DNA of 64,000 nt from a virus (lineage: Duplodnaviria > Caudoviricetes), in the IMG/VR virus record IMGVR_UViG_3300024284_000007, positions 1-64,000 of that record, one strand, 5' to 3'. The translations under genes and the position numbers were made by a program. This document shows, piece by piece, positions 53,305 to 61,592 of the stretch (positions are counted from its first letter, which is position 1; each line of letters starts with the position of its first letter). The notes beneath the pieces were generated by a model. That model had not been told where the DNA came from, searched no databases, and saw only the letters and a program-made list of their open reading frames with translations.

Positions 53305-54002
53305 ACTGCCACCGGAGTAGTCTCCAGGCGCTCGATGAGCGCGGCTTTGCTGCCCTTGTCGGAGATGCCCGCCGTACGGCACATCTTCTTCAGGGTGGCG
53401 ACATGAAGCGCCGTCAGCGAGATAACGCTGTCGTGACCCGGCTCGAACGGGATACTGTCCGCCGGAGCTGTCCCTATTTCCTTCTGCTTCGCCATGGAGA
53501 TGCCGCACTCAGCGCAGAACTTGGCTCCGGCGGCGTTGTCGTGACCGGTGGCGCAGACGGTCTTGCCCTCGATGAAATGAGAGGGAAGCTCGCGCTTCAT
53601 CATCCACTCGGTCTCGAAGGGGATCTCGGTGCCCGCCGCCCGCAGCGCTGCCAGCGCCTGGATCATCTGGATCTGGTGGGTGGCACGCTCGGTGCGGACC
53701 GCGTTCGTGGCCTGCTCGTCGGGGGTCAGCGGGATGGACTCGGGAGTGGAGGACCAGTGCGGGTCCGCATCGGCGACGCGCTCCTGCTTGGCGGGGATGC
53801 CGAGCTTGGGGTCGCCCGGGGTGGTCTTGAGGATCTGCGGCTTGCGGGCTCCCCGGAGGTAAGCCTCGCAAGAAGGGCAGTCCAGCTCCCAGTCTTTCGC
53901 GGGAGCGCCTCTCACTACGGGTCGGCTGTGCGAGTCGCCGCAGCCTCCGCTCGTGGAGGGAATGGATACGCTCATGAGGTCAGAGCGTGCGTACAGGGGC
54001 AT
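53301..54002 (-). CDS. Zn-ribbon plus SAP-domain protein
   Basis: CATGHDN...KFCAECG; LHVATLKKMC...GIS..GSKAALIERL. Confidence 0.65.
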   Translation of the reverse strand: MPLYARSDLMSVSIPSTSGGCGDSHSRPVVRGAPAKDWELDCPSCEAYLRGARKPQILKTTPGDPKLGIPAKQERVADADPHWSSTPESIPLTPDEQATNAVRTERATHQIQMIQALAALRAAGTEIPFETEWMMKRELPSHFIEGKTVCATGHDNAAGAKFCAECGISMAKQKEIGTAPADSIPFEPGHDSVISLTALHVATLKKMCRTAGISDKGSKAALIERLETTPVAV

Positions 54003-54013
54003 TGGCAGTCCTT

Positions 54014-54340
54014 TCAGGGAACATATTGCCCGCTCGGTCGTTCGCGGGACATCTGGGATTCCGGGACGGTCTCCGACCCGCAAGAAGGGCAGGTTCTCGT
54101 CCAGGAATGGTGGATGGTATTGCTCGGGCAGTCCGGGCACCATCTTCCTTCAGGTCCTCTTCTCACGAAATGCTTCTCCGGTCCGGCATCGACAAGTCCT
54201 GCCTGGGCGTAGTTGTTGCCCTTCAGCGCCGCCATGTGATGATCGGCGACATCCACGAACGTTCCCGGCTTGGCGACATAGCGGGTCCCGTCATCCGCCT
54301 TGAATCCCATGCAGCCAGGGGGGAGGTTCACTCTGGTCAT
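54014..54340 (-). CDS. Hypothetical protein with C-terminal Zn ribbon
   Basis: CPDC...CPSC. Confidence 0.6.
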   Translation of the reverse strand: MTRVNLPPGCMGFKADDGTRYVAKPGTFVDVADHHMAALKGNNYAQAGLVDAGPEKHFVRRGPEGRWCPDCPSNTIHHSWTRTCPSCGSETVPESQMSRERPSGQYVP

Positions 54341-54347
54341 TGCGCTC

Positions 54348-54629
54348 CTATGTGCTGATGATGTAGCTGACGGTCGCGGTCTGCCCGTTCTGGGTGACGC
54401 AGAAATTCAGCCCGCCGCCCTTGGAGATCGCAGTGGTCACGAACGACGTGGGAAGCGCATTAGGCGTCAGCAGGAACCCCGTGGAGGAGGTGACTCCCGT
54501 GGCGGGTCCTACCGCCACGGTCGCGGGACCGATGTTCGCCAGGACGATGCTGCACAGTCCGGCAGGGACGGTGCACAGAGCTGTGGGGACAGTGTTGTCA
54601 TAGGACAGCTGCCCGGTGATGATGCTCAT
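54348..54629 (-). CDS. Small beta-rich virion-type paralog A
   Basis: GQ...PT.LCTVP.G...NIG..V.VG...VTSSTGF. Confidence 0.7.
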   Translation of the reverse strand: MSIITGQLSYDNTVPTALCTVPAGLCSIVLANIGPATVAVGPATGVTSSTGFLLTPNALPTSFVTTAISKGGGLNFCVTQNGQTATVSYIIST

Positions 54630-55207
54630 CAGTTCCCGGTAGAGATAATGAAGCAGAATGACGATGCGGTGCCGTTGCCGGTCGTGGCGTAGTACGTAGC
54701 CCCGCCGACCGAGTTGTAGGCTTCCTGGCTGAGCGGGGTCACCGGGACCGGCATGCCGCTCGCGGCGGTGACCCTCGCCGATGTCCCGAGGTAGACCGCC
54801 TGGGGGGTGGTCGGCTGGTAGAGGGTGAAGTTGCTCAGCCCGGCGGGGAGGATGAATACAGTAACCGTGCTGTTAGCAGGCACCGTTGCCGTTCCCATGA
54901 TCACGGACATGATTTTTCTCTGTAACGCCGTAGCAACATAAGTAACTGTCGTACTATTGCCCGTAGCTGCAATGGCATACAGGTCCTGTCCGGGATGCAG
55001 GTGCACCTGAAATCCGTAAGGAGTAATAGTGCTATACGGATTCCCCTGGAAGAACCCCGTTGATGATGTGACGCCGGAGTCACCAAAATAGATTGCACAT
55101 TGCGCGTACAGTGCACTTACTGTAACTTCGGTGATGTGTTCAGAATCTGCGGCGACAATCAAGGCAGGAGCAGAATCCGTTATACTTACCTGACCATAAG
55201 AAAACAT
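54629..55207 (-). CDS. Two small paralogs (B 54629..54910; C ends at TTA 54923-54925) joined in one ORF
   Basis: Each half aligns with paralogs A and D; TTA sits where paralog A has its stop; own ATG at 54910. Confidence 0.7.
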   Translation of the reverse strand: MFSYGQVSITDSAPALIVAADSEHITEVTVSALYAQCAIYFGDSGVTSSTGFFQGNPYSTITPYGFQVHLHPGQDLYAIAATGNSTTVTYVATALQRKIMSVIMGTATVPANSTVTVFILPAGLSNFTLYQPTTPQAVYLGTSARVTAASGMPVPVTPLSQEAYNSVGGATYYATTGNGTASSFCFIISTGN

Positions 55208-55213
55208 GATCCC

Positions 55214-55501
55214 TCACTGATCAGTGACGATGATGTAATTAACGAGTCCAGTGGTTCCGGATGTATTTGCCCCGTAAAGCGTAGCTCCTCGGGAGGAGAC
55301 ATAGCTTGAAAAGCTTGTGGGAATCGAGTGGCATTGCAATCCGTTCAGCCCGGTCACCGCTGTACTCGTCCCGACTGATACGACATTCGTAGCAGAAGTT
55401 GACGAGTTCCAGAACGTGGCATTGCACAACCCGGGAGGAACAGTGAAGAGAGCGATCGTGGATGCGTTCGGCACCGTGATCTGCCCCATGACGTAGGTCA
55501 T
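55214..55501 (-). CDS. Small beta-rich virion-type paralog D
   Basis: GQITVP...LFTVPPG...V.VGTST.VT. Confidence 0.7.
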   Translation of the reverse strand: MTYVMGQITVPNASTIALFTVPPGLCNATFWNSSTSATNVVSVGTSTAVTGLNGLQCHSIPTSFSSYVSSRGATLYGANTSGTTGLVNYIIVTDQ

Positions 55502-55516
55502 CTCAGCTTACTCCTT

Positions 55517-56224
55517 TTATACTTTCTCCAGGATCCACTGGACGTCAGGATTGAATTCCTGCCGGACGCGGGAAACGGTATTCGACAGATGCATCGCGCG
55601 CCATTCCCGGTAGGCGGTGAGATCGGAGCTGCCGCTGGACTCCTCAGCTTCGGCGTAGGTGACGTCACGCTCGGTACCGGGGGTGACGGTGTAGTGCAGG
55701 TGCTCGATGACCGCCTCGGGGACGTACCGGATCAGGTCAGTGCGCTTGCCGATCTCGCTGATGGCGTTGTCGCAGTAGAAGTGCCTGACTGCGGAGAGCG
55801 CGAACCAGCCGAGGAACCTCACGAGGTCGCTGGAGACCGCCCAGATCTCCGGGAAGCCGCTGCGGCGCTTGTCGTCGGGGTAGACCCACCCCGTGCCGCC
55901 CAGGTCTTCCAGGGCGTCCATGAGCGCCTTGTCCCATTGCGGGGTGGTGAACAGGTGATCGTCCCCGACTGTCATGATGGCATCGAAGTCATCAGCATGC
56001 TCCAGCGCGACCCGGTTGAAGATGCCGGTCAGGCAGTCCCTCGGGGAGAGCACCGCGTGCACGGCGGGACCCCAGTCCATATCCTCGTAGGAATCGTCGT
56101 CGTCGTCGGTGATGAACATCAGGACGGTCTCGTCGGCGGGGTCGCTGTCCGCGAAGGACTTGATCAGCCGGGCTGCCTGCTCCCGGCGGTTGCGGGTGGG
56201 AACCATTACCAGGAGGCTCTTCAT
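55517..56224 (-). CDS. Glycosyltransferase, GT2/GT-A
   Basis: VMVPTRNR, TVGDDH DxD-type motif, F.CDN, IEHLH. Confidence 0.82.
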   Translation of the reverse strand: MKSLLVMVPTRNRREQAARLIKSFADSDPADETVLMFITDDDDDSYEDMDWGPAVHAVLSPRDCLTGIFNRVALEHADDFDAIMTVGDDHLFTTPQWDKALMDALEDLGGTGWVYPDDKRRSGFPEIWAVSSDLVRFLGWFALSAVRHFYCDNAISEIGKRTDLIRYVPEAVIEHLHYTVTPGTERDVTYAEAEESSGSSDLTAYREWRAMHLSNTVSRVRQEFNPDVQWILEKV

Positions 56225-56583
56225 GCATCCCTCTCGATCAGCGGCACGGGAAGCCGCACGGTGTCGGATTCGTAGGCTTCGCCGCTTCGCGGGCCTTTCG
56301 TGAAGACCAGGACCCTGGTATCTTCCAGTGCCCGCCAGGCGTGCGGGATGCCCGCAGGCTCCTTCACCAGCTCTCCGGGACCATGAACGTCCTCATGGAG
56401 CCCGTCATCGGCGACACTGGCGAACAGCATCTTCCCGCTGACGACATACGCCCACTGGACGGTGTTGTGATGAACGTGATTACCCCGGACGGCTCCGGCT
56501 TTCGTGAAGATCTCGGTAACGGCATCGATCTCGCCCAGGAGGTCCTGGATGACGCCGCGCTCATCCTCGAATCGGTCAGTCAA
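56221..56583 (-). CDS. Cupin-fold NDP-sugar isomerase/epimerase (WxcM/FdtA-like)
   Basis: FEDERG.I, RGNHVH...Q..YV.SG, IPHA. Confidence 0.75.
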   Translation of the reverse strand: MTDRFEDERGVIQDLLGEIDAVTEIFTKAGAVRGNHVHHNTVQWAYVVSGKMLFASVADDGLHEDVHGPGELVKEPAGIPHAWRALEDTRVLVFTKGPRSGEAYESDTVRLPVPLIERDA

Positions 56584-57700
56584 CGATCCTCGCTTCAGGA
56601 AGGGGGATGATGAACTTGCCTTCGTAGCCTTTTTCGCGGAGCTTCGGGATCAGGTCATCCGCGATATGCCAGGACAGCAGGAGGGCGTACTGGGGCTGAT
56701 CCTCGAAAAGCTTCTTCTCGTCAACGACCGGGATATCCGTGCCGGGAATGCATGTCCCGATCTTCTCGCTGGAAGAGACTTCGCAGACATATTCCAGGAA
56801 GCCCGCGATATCTGCGTAATTAATCAGCGGGGTAGCGCGGGTGGTTGCCCCGATACCGCAGATGCTCCAGCCGTCCCGCCATAGCGGCTGCATCAGGTCG
56901 AACAGGGCATTGCGGGCTTTCCAGGCACGGGAAGCCAGTTTTCCCTGTTCCTTCACTGCCCAGATGCGGAAAGATCCGCCGTGAGTGGGGATCTTCTCGA
57001 TGTCCTCGATGATCAGCCCATGAAAGGCGAGCAGGCGGGACAGGGAGGCTACCGAGTAATAGCGGAGGTGCTCATGGTAGACGGTATCGATCTGCAGCCC
57101 GTTCGCAATGGATGCCCAGTCGTGGTTCTCGGTGACGAAAACGCCGTCGTCGGCAAGCAGGGTCAGCACTCCGGCAAGGAAGTCATGCGGGTCCGGGACG
57201 TGTGCCAGGACATTCGCCGCAGCGATGACTTTCGCCTTGCCATTGTCCCGGCGGATGACCTTCGCGATCTCGGAGGTGAAGAATTCCTGGTACGTGGCGG
57301 TAATGCCCTTACTCAGGCACTTACCCACCTGATTGGTAGGCTCGACGGCTACCGTGGTAAGTGACTTCACCGGGAGCAGTGACAGGAAAGTGCCGTCATT
57401 AGCCCCGATATCCACGACGAGATCATTCATGCACAGCCACGGCTTGACCTTTTCTGCCAGCTCGGCGAAGTGCTCTCGCATCGCCCTGGTATTGCCGGTG
57501 GCGTAAGGGTGATCCTCCGGGAACATGTCGCGCTGATCCGGGATGTAGCTCAGCTGGACCAGCGTGCAGTTCTCGCACTTGAGCAGCTTCAGCGGGTATC
57601 TCTGCCCGTTATCATGCTCCGCGAGAGGCTGCATGCCCATGTCGAGAACGGGAGCCATGTCCCTCTCCCCGCAGGAGCCGCAGCGGAGGATCTCAGCCAT
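56576..57700 (-). CDS. NDP-sugar C-methyltransferase (NovU/TylCIII-like)
   Basis: Zn-binding CGSCG/CENC, VDIGANDG, YHEHLRYYS, GIGA...T.LINY, LLLSWH. Confidence 0.88.
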   Translation of the reverse strand: MAEILRCGSCGERDMAPVLDMGMQPLAEHDNGQRYPLKLLKCENCTLVQLSYIPDQRDMFPEDHPYATGNTRAMREHFAELAEKVKPWLCMNDLVVDIGANDGTFLSLLPVKSLTTVAVEPTNQVGKCLSKGITATYQEFFTSEIAKVIRRDNGKAKVIAAANVLAHVPDPHDFLAGVLTLLADDGVFVTENHDWASIANGLQIDTVYHEHLRYYSVASLSRLLAFHGLIIEDIEKIPTHGGSFRIWAVKEQGKLASRAWKARNALFDLMQPLWRDGWSICGIGATTRATPLINYADIAGFLEYVCEVSSSEKIGTCIPGTDIPVVDEKKLFEDQPQYALLLSWHIADDLIPKLREKGYEGKFIIPLPEARIVD

Positions 57701-58661
57701 TCGCGCGATACCACGATCCGGTGCGGGTGACGCCTTCCTCGAAAGTCACCTTAGGACCGGTCCAGCCCAGCGCGGTGATCTTCGAGATGTCCGGGCACCT
57801 TCTCGGCGGGCTTCCCTGCGGGAGTTTCCCGGGAATGACCTTGATTTCCCGGTCGTAACACCACCAGGCTACCTCGCGGGCTACTCCGGAAATGGTGCGC
57901 TCTTCCAGCGTGCCCATGTGGTAGACGTTCATGTGCTCACCCGCGTCAAGCAGGATGATGAACTGGTCTACGCAGTCATCGATATAGCAGAAGCTGCGGG
58001 TTTCCTCCCCGGAGCCCTGGATCGGGAAGGGAATGGCTCCCTCATGATCCTGGACCAGGGAGTTCATCCGGATGCAGAATTCCGGGATGACGTGTTCCCT
58101 GCCCATGTCGGGACCGTAGATGTTATGCGGTCTCGTGATGATAAGCCTGTCGAGAATGCCTGTTCTCGCCCAGGCGAGGGACATGATCTCGCAGGCGATC
58201 TTCCCTCCGCCGTAGGAATAGCGGGGGTTGAGGACATCCGGAACTACGAGCGGGATGTCTTCCGGCGTGGGCACTTGCGGTGCCACCTGGTACGCCTCCG
58301 AGGAGGAAACCAGGAGGAGTTCGCTGCACCCCGTCGCCTCGCAGGAGGCAAGGACATTAAGCATCCCCCGCATCGCCACGTCGAGCACCTGCCGGGGCTC
58401 GGCGTAGAAGGTCTGCGTTCCCTGGAGATAAGCCAAATGCACGACGGAATCGCATCCGTGCATCGCGGCACGGACATTCTTCTCGTCGCGGATATCACCC
58501 TGGAAGATAGTGCACGGAACGCCCTTGAGGCGGTCCGCCTGCCCTCTGGACATGTCATCGAGGACATTGACCTCGCTCCCGAGGGAAACGAGCTTCTTCA
58601 CGAGATTGCTCCCGATGAAACCCGCTCCCCCGGTCACGAGATATTTCCTGCCGTTTCCCAT
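57693..58661 (-). CDS. NAD-dependent NDP-sugar epimerase/dehydratase (extended SDR)
   Basis: VTGGAGFIGS, SSSEAY, YGGGK (YxxxK), NIYGP, RSFCYIDD, RRCPD. Confidence 0.9.
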   Translation of the reverse strand: MGNGRKYLVTGGAGFIGSNLVKKLVSLGSEVNVLDDMSRGQADRLKGVPCTIFQGDIRDEKNVRAAMHGCDSVVHLAYLQGTQTFYAEPRQVLDVAMRGMLNVLASCEATGCSELLLVSSSEAYQVAPQVPTPEDIPLVVPDVLNPRYSYGGGKIACEIMSLAWARTGILDRLIITRPHNIYGPDMGREHVIPEFCIRMNSLVQDHEGAIPFPIQGSGEETRSFCYIDDCVDQFIILLDAGEHMNVYHMGTLEERTISGVAREVAWWCYDREIKVIPGKLPQGSPPRRCPDISKITALGWTGPKVTFEEGVTRTGSWYRANG

Positions 58662-58680
58662 GAGGAAATGGTAGCAGAAA

Positions 58681-59190
58681 CTAAACCACGCCTGCGGTAA
58701 CCCGCAGGGAGCCCTGCTGCACGACGGCAGTGGAAACGGTAACGCTCGCCGCGTGGTCATACAGCAATCCGGTGGAGACGGTGACAGCAGTCGCGGTAGT
58801 GCCCGCGACGACCGCCAGTTCCTGTCCCTTGCCGGTATTGCCGATGATCAGCGTGGTCCCGGCTGGCATTCCCGAGGTGGTGCCCAGGGTAAAGGAAGTG
58901 GCGCCAGCGGAGAGGGCTACTGCGGTCAGGGTATTGCTGACCGTTCCCGGGACAACGTTAGAGCACGCGTAAAGGGTGCTCGCGGCGTTCTGGAATTCAA
59001 CCGGGCGATTGCCCGGGTAAATCGGGAACCCGTTATATGGCGAGACGTTGCTCTGTCCCACCCAGACGACGTTAGAGCCCAGGTTGAAGAAGCGCACCGT
59101 AGACGGCGCGTTCGGCGTCGGGGTGAAAACCCAGTTGGGGATCGTAGTGGGGTTGACCACCTGATCGACCCCTGCACCGAGGTTAGGCAT
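58681..59190 (-). CDS. Beta-rich virion-type protein related to the small paralogs
   Basis: FNLGSNVVWVG...NGFPI motif, Thr-rich. Confidence 0.6.
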   Translation of the reverse strand: MPNLGAGVDQVVNPTTIPNWVFTPTPNAPSTVRFFNLGSNVVWVGQSNVSPYNGFPIYPGNRPVEFQNAASTLYACSNVVPGTVSNTLTAVALSAGATSFTLGTTSGMPAGTTLIIGNTGKGQELAVVAGTTATAVTVSTGLLYDHAASVTVSTAVVQQGSLRVTAGVV

Positions 59191-59199
59191 GTCGGCTCC

Positions 59200-59514
59200 T
59201 TAGATGACGGAAACGACGCTGCCCTGCCCGACGACGAGGGTTGCCGCCGAGACGCAGGTTGCGTAGATCTGGGTGCTGGCAGCCAGTGGTCCCTGGAGGA
59301 GCATTGACTGACCGGCGGGGATCCCGAAAGCAACCGAAGGCGTGGGCGCGGACGCGGTTGCCACGAAGATCGTGAACGCGGTGCCGGTGCTCGTGTTGGC
59401 GTTGGTCAGGATCAGGTCGCGGAACCCGGTATTAGTGCTGGGCACCGAATAGCAGGTCGTCGTTCCGCCTGCTGCAATCGTGGCAGTAGTCAGCGGAGTC
59501 GCTGCAAGAGGCAC
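59200..59514 (-). CDS. Small beta-rich protein following the capsid gene (decoration candidate)
   Basis: Same fold pattern as paralogs A-D. Confidence 0.6.
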   Translation of the reverse strand: MPLAATPLTTATIAAGGTTTCYSVPSTNTGFRDLILTNANTSTGTAFTIFVATASAPTPSVAFGIPAGQSMLLQGPLAASTQIYATCVSAATLVVGQGSVVSVI

Positions 59515-59541
59515 ACTTTCTCCTTTTTGATTGTGCCCTGT

Positions 59542-59576
59542 ACCAGTCCCGGAGAATCAGCTTCTCCGGGACTGGT
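59542..59576 (-). terminator. 14-bp hairpin after the capsid gene
   Basis: CCAGTCCCGGAGAA/TTCTCCGGGACTGG. Confidence 0.65.
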
Positions 59577-59583
59577 AAGTTGC

Positions 59584-61566
59584 TTAGCTGAAAGGCGTAA
59601 CGTCGCTTACCTGCAGTCCCTGCAGGATTCCGCTGTAGAATGGCGCGTGCGCCACCAGGGAACCGAGCAGGAAAATGGAGTAGCGGAAGGTGGCGTCGAT
59701 TACAGGCCAAGCTACTGAACAGTAGTCCTGTACGACGGTCATTTCCCAGGCATTATCGACCTGGCTCCAGGTCTGCGGCAGCTGATAAGACATCAGCAGC
59801 GCAGTTCCCTGGCTCATCCACGGGTGGACCGTGAGCTTGACGGTGGACCTGGTAACCGGGTTCACGAATTCGGCGACTGCCGCTCCCGCGCGGATCCCGG
59901 AAATCTGGTCCTGGGAGATGTTGAGCAGGTAGTTGAGGCTGTTTCCCTGCAGCAGCATGTCATTTGCCAGCCGCATGAGGTCACCGCCGTCAGCGACGAT
60001 CTCAGACGGGTCAGCCTTGTAGACGCCAGGGCTGACGTTGTTCATGCCGTTGTTCTCCCACATTGCATCCAATGCGGTGAAGATGGCATTCGTGGAAAGG
60101 TGAGTTCCCACGCTGGAGTTGACGTAGCCGCCCTTCCAGACATTGCTCGACCCGCCGAACCCGACATTGCTGTAAGGTCCGCTTCCCGTTGCGGAAAGAC
60201 CGGTCAGGGTGGGGATGAGGCCTTCCATCCGGTTGGAGCTTCCCGTTCCGGTGTCAACGGTGGTCGGGTTGCAGTTCGTGGTGCTCGAACCGGGTCCCGA
60301 GGCGTTGGTGCTCGTGGCGACCGGACCCTGTACGGTGAACCGCAGCCCGCCGATGGAGTTCGCGGTCTGGGTGCCCTGGTACGTGGTGGTACCAGCCGCG
60401 CCGGAGCCGTTCTGCACAGAGGTGCCAGCCTGCAGGAAATAGGTTCCCGCGTTAGTGGTCATGTACAGGTTGTACTGCTGGGCTCCTGCAACTGGCGCAA
60501 TCGTGACATCCACGACCTGCCCGGCGGAAATGGCGACGGCGCTGCCGATTGCCGCAGAGGCAATGGACTCGCCGAAGTAATTCAGCGCGGACACCTTGAA
60601 GTTGACGTTCGTGGTGAACCCGGTGATGGCGGTCTCGTTGGAACCGGCGGTCCGGGCAGTTGCGGTAACTGCTGCCGGGGTTGCCAGGTTCTGCGAGGAA
60701 CCGGCAATCATCTGGTATTCCTCGCCGAGCATCATCTCCTGGAGAAGGACCAGGTTCGCCAGCGCGGAAATGTCCTCGAATCCCTGGGATTCGAACTGGG
60801 CAAGCCACGAGAGCGACTCACTCAACCCGAAGAAACGATAAGGGACATTGAGCTTGTACTCGGTCTGAGTCCCGGTCTTGGGGATATTCAGCGGCCAGGT
60901 GGCGGTGGTCGTCAGCTGACCTCCGGAAGTGACGAGTTCCGGGATGGAAATGTCGATGACGCCCTGTCCGCCGGTCTGGGAACCGCTGATCCCGAGCAGC
61001 CCGTAAACCTGCCGCGAGGAACCCTGTCCCGCAGGGCGCGGGAACTTATTGCGGAAGAGGGTGTAAACCGGGTAAATGAGACGGCTCGGTGCCAGCAGGT
61101 CAAACGGGACCAGCCCGTAGGGGACTCCGGCGGTGCCCATGTTCGTGGCAGTGAAAGACTTCTGCAGCTGCGCGGTCATGGACTTGCGCATCAGGGAGTC
61201 GCGCGACGCCATCGAGTGGATGCCCGCGTACTGCGGGATGGAGCGGGTGGCAGCCCAGAAGTCAGGGGAAATGCGCCCCATGGCATTCTCGGTCTCCCAG
61301 GCACCTTCGTAGGTGGCTGCCCGGACATCGAGAATAGCCTGGTGGCTCTTCGTCATGATGTCGCGGTTGTGAGTTGCCTCAGTCAGGGGAGCGCCGTTGT
61401 TAGTCACATGACCGACGCCCTTGACGAGGCTCTTGGCGAGGGACGTCGCAGTCGCCTCGTAGTTAGACCGGCGCGCTACGCGCTCGGCGAAGGCATTTGC
61501 CCCGCCGAGGGAGGCATTCCCCATGGAAGGGGCTGCGATTCCCTCATCGGTGACGATATCCGCCAC
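59584..61566 (-). CDS. Major capsid protein (660 aa, with internal beta insertion)
   Basis: Follows the scaffold; FDLLAPSRLIYPV.T.FRNKFPR...G, YRFFGLSESLSW, HPW, W..IDATFRYS. Confidence 0.8.
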   Translation of the reverse strand: MADIVTDEGIAAPSMGNASLGGANAFAERVARRSNYEATATSLAKSLVKGVGHVTNNGAPLTEATHNRDIMTKSHQAILDVRAATYEGAWETENAMGRISPDFWAATRSIPQYAGIHSMASRDSLMRKSMTAQLQKSFTATNMGTAGVPYGLVPFDLLAPSRLIYPVYTLFRNKFPRPAGQGSSRQVYGLLGISGSQTGGQGVIDISIPELVTSGGQLTTTATWPLNIPKTGTQTEYKLNVPYRFFGLSESLSWLAQFESQGFEDISALANLVLLQEMMLGEEYQMIAGSSQNLATPAAVTATARTAGSNETAITGFTTNVNFKVSALNYFGESIASAAIGSAVAISAGQVVDVTIAPVAGAQQYNLYMTTNAGTYFLQAGTSVQNGSGAAGTTTYQGTQTANSIGGLRFTVQGPVATSTNASGPGSSTTNCNPTTVDTGTGSSNRMEGLIPTLTGLSATGSGPYSNVGFGGSSNVWKGGYVNSSVGTHLSTNAIFTALDAMWENNGMNNVSPGVYKADPSEIVADGGDLMRLANDMLLQGNSLNYLLNISQDQISGIRAGAAVAEFVNPVTRSTVKLTVHPWMSQGTALLMSYQLPQTWSQVDNAWEMTVVQDYCSVAWPVIDATFRYSIFLLGSLVAHAPFYSGILQGLQVSDVTPFS

Positions 61567-61592
61567 AGTATCTCCTTAGAATCGGAGCGAAA

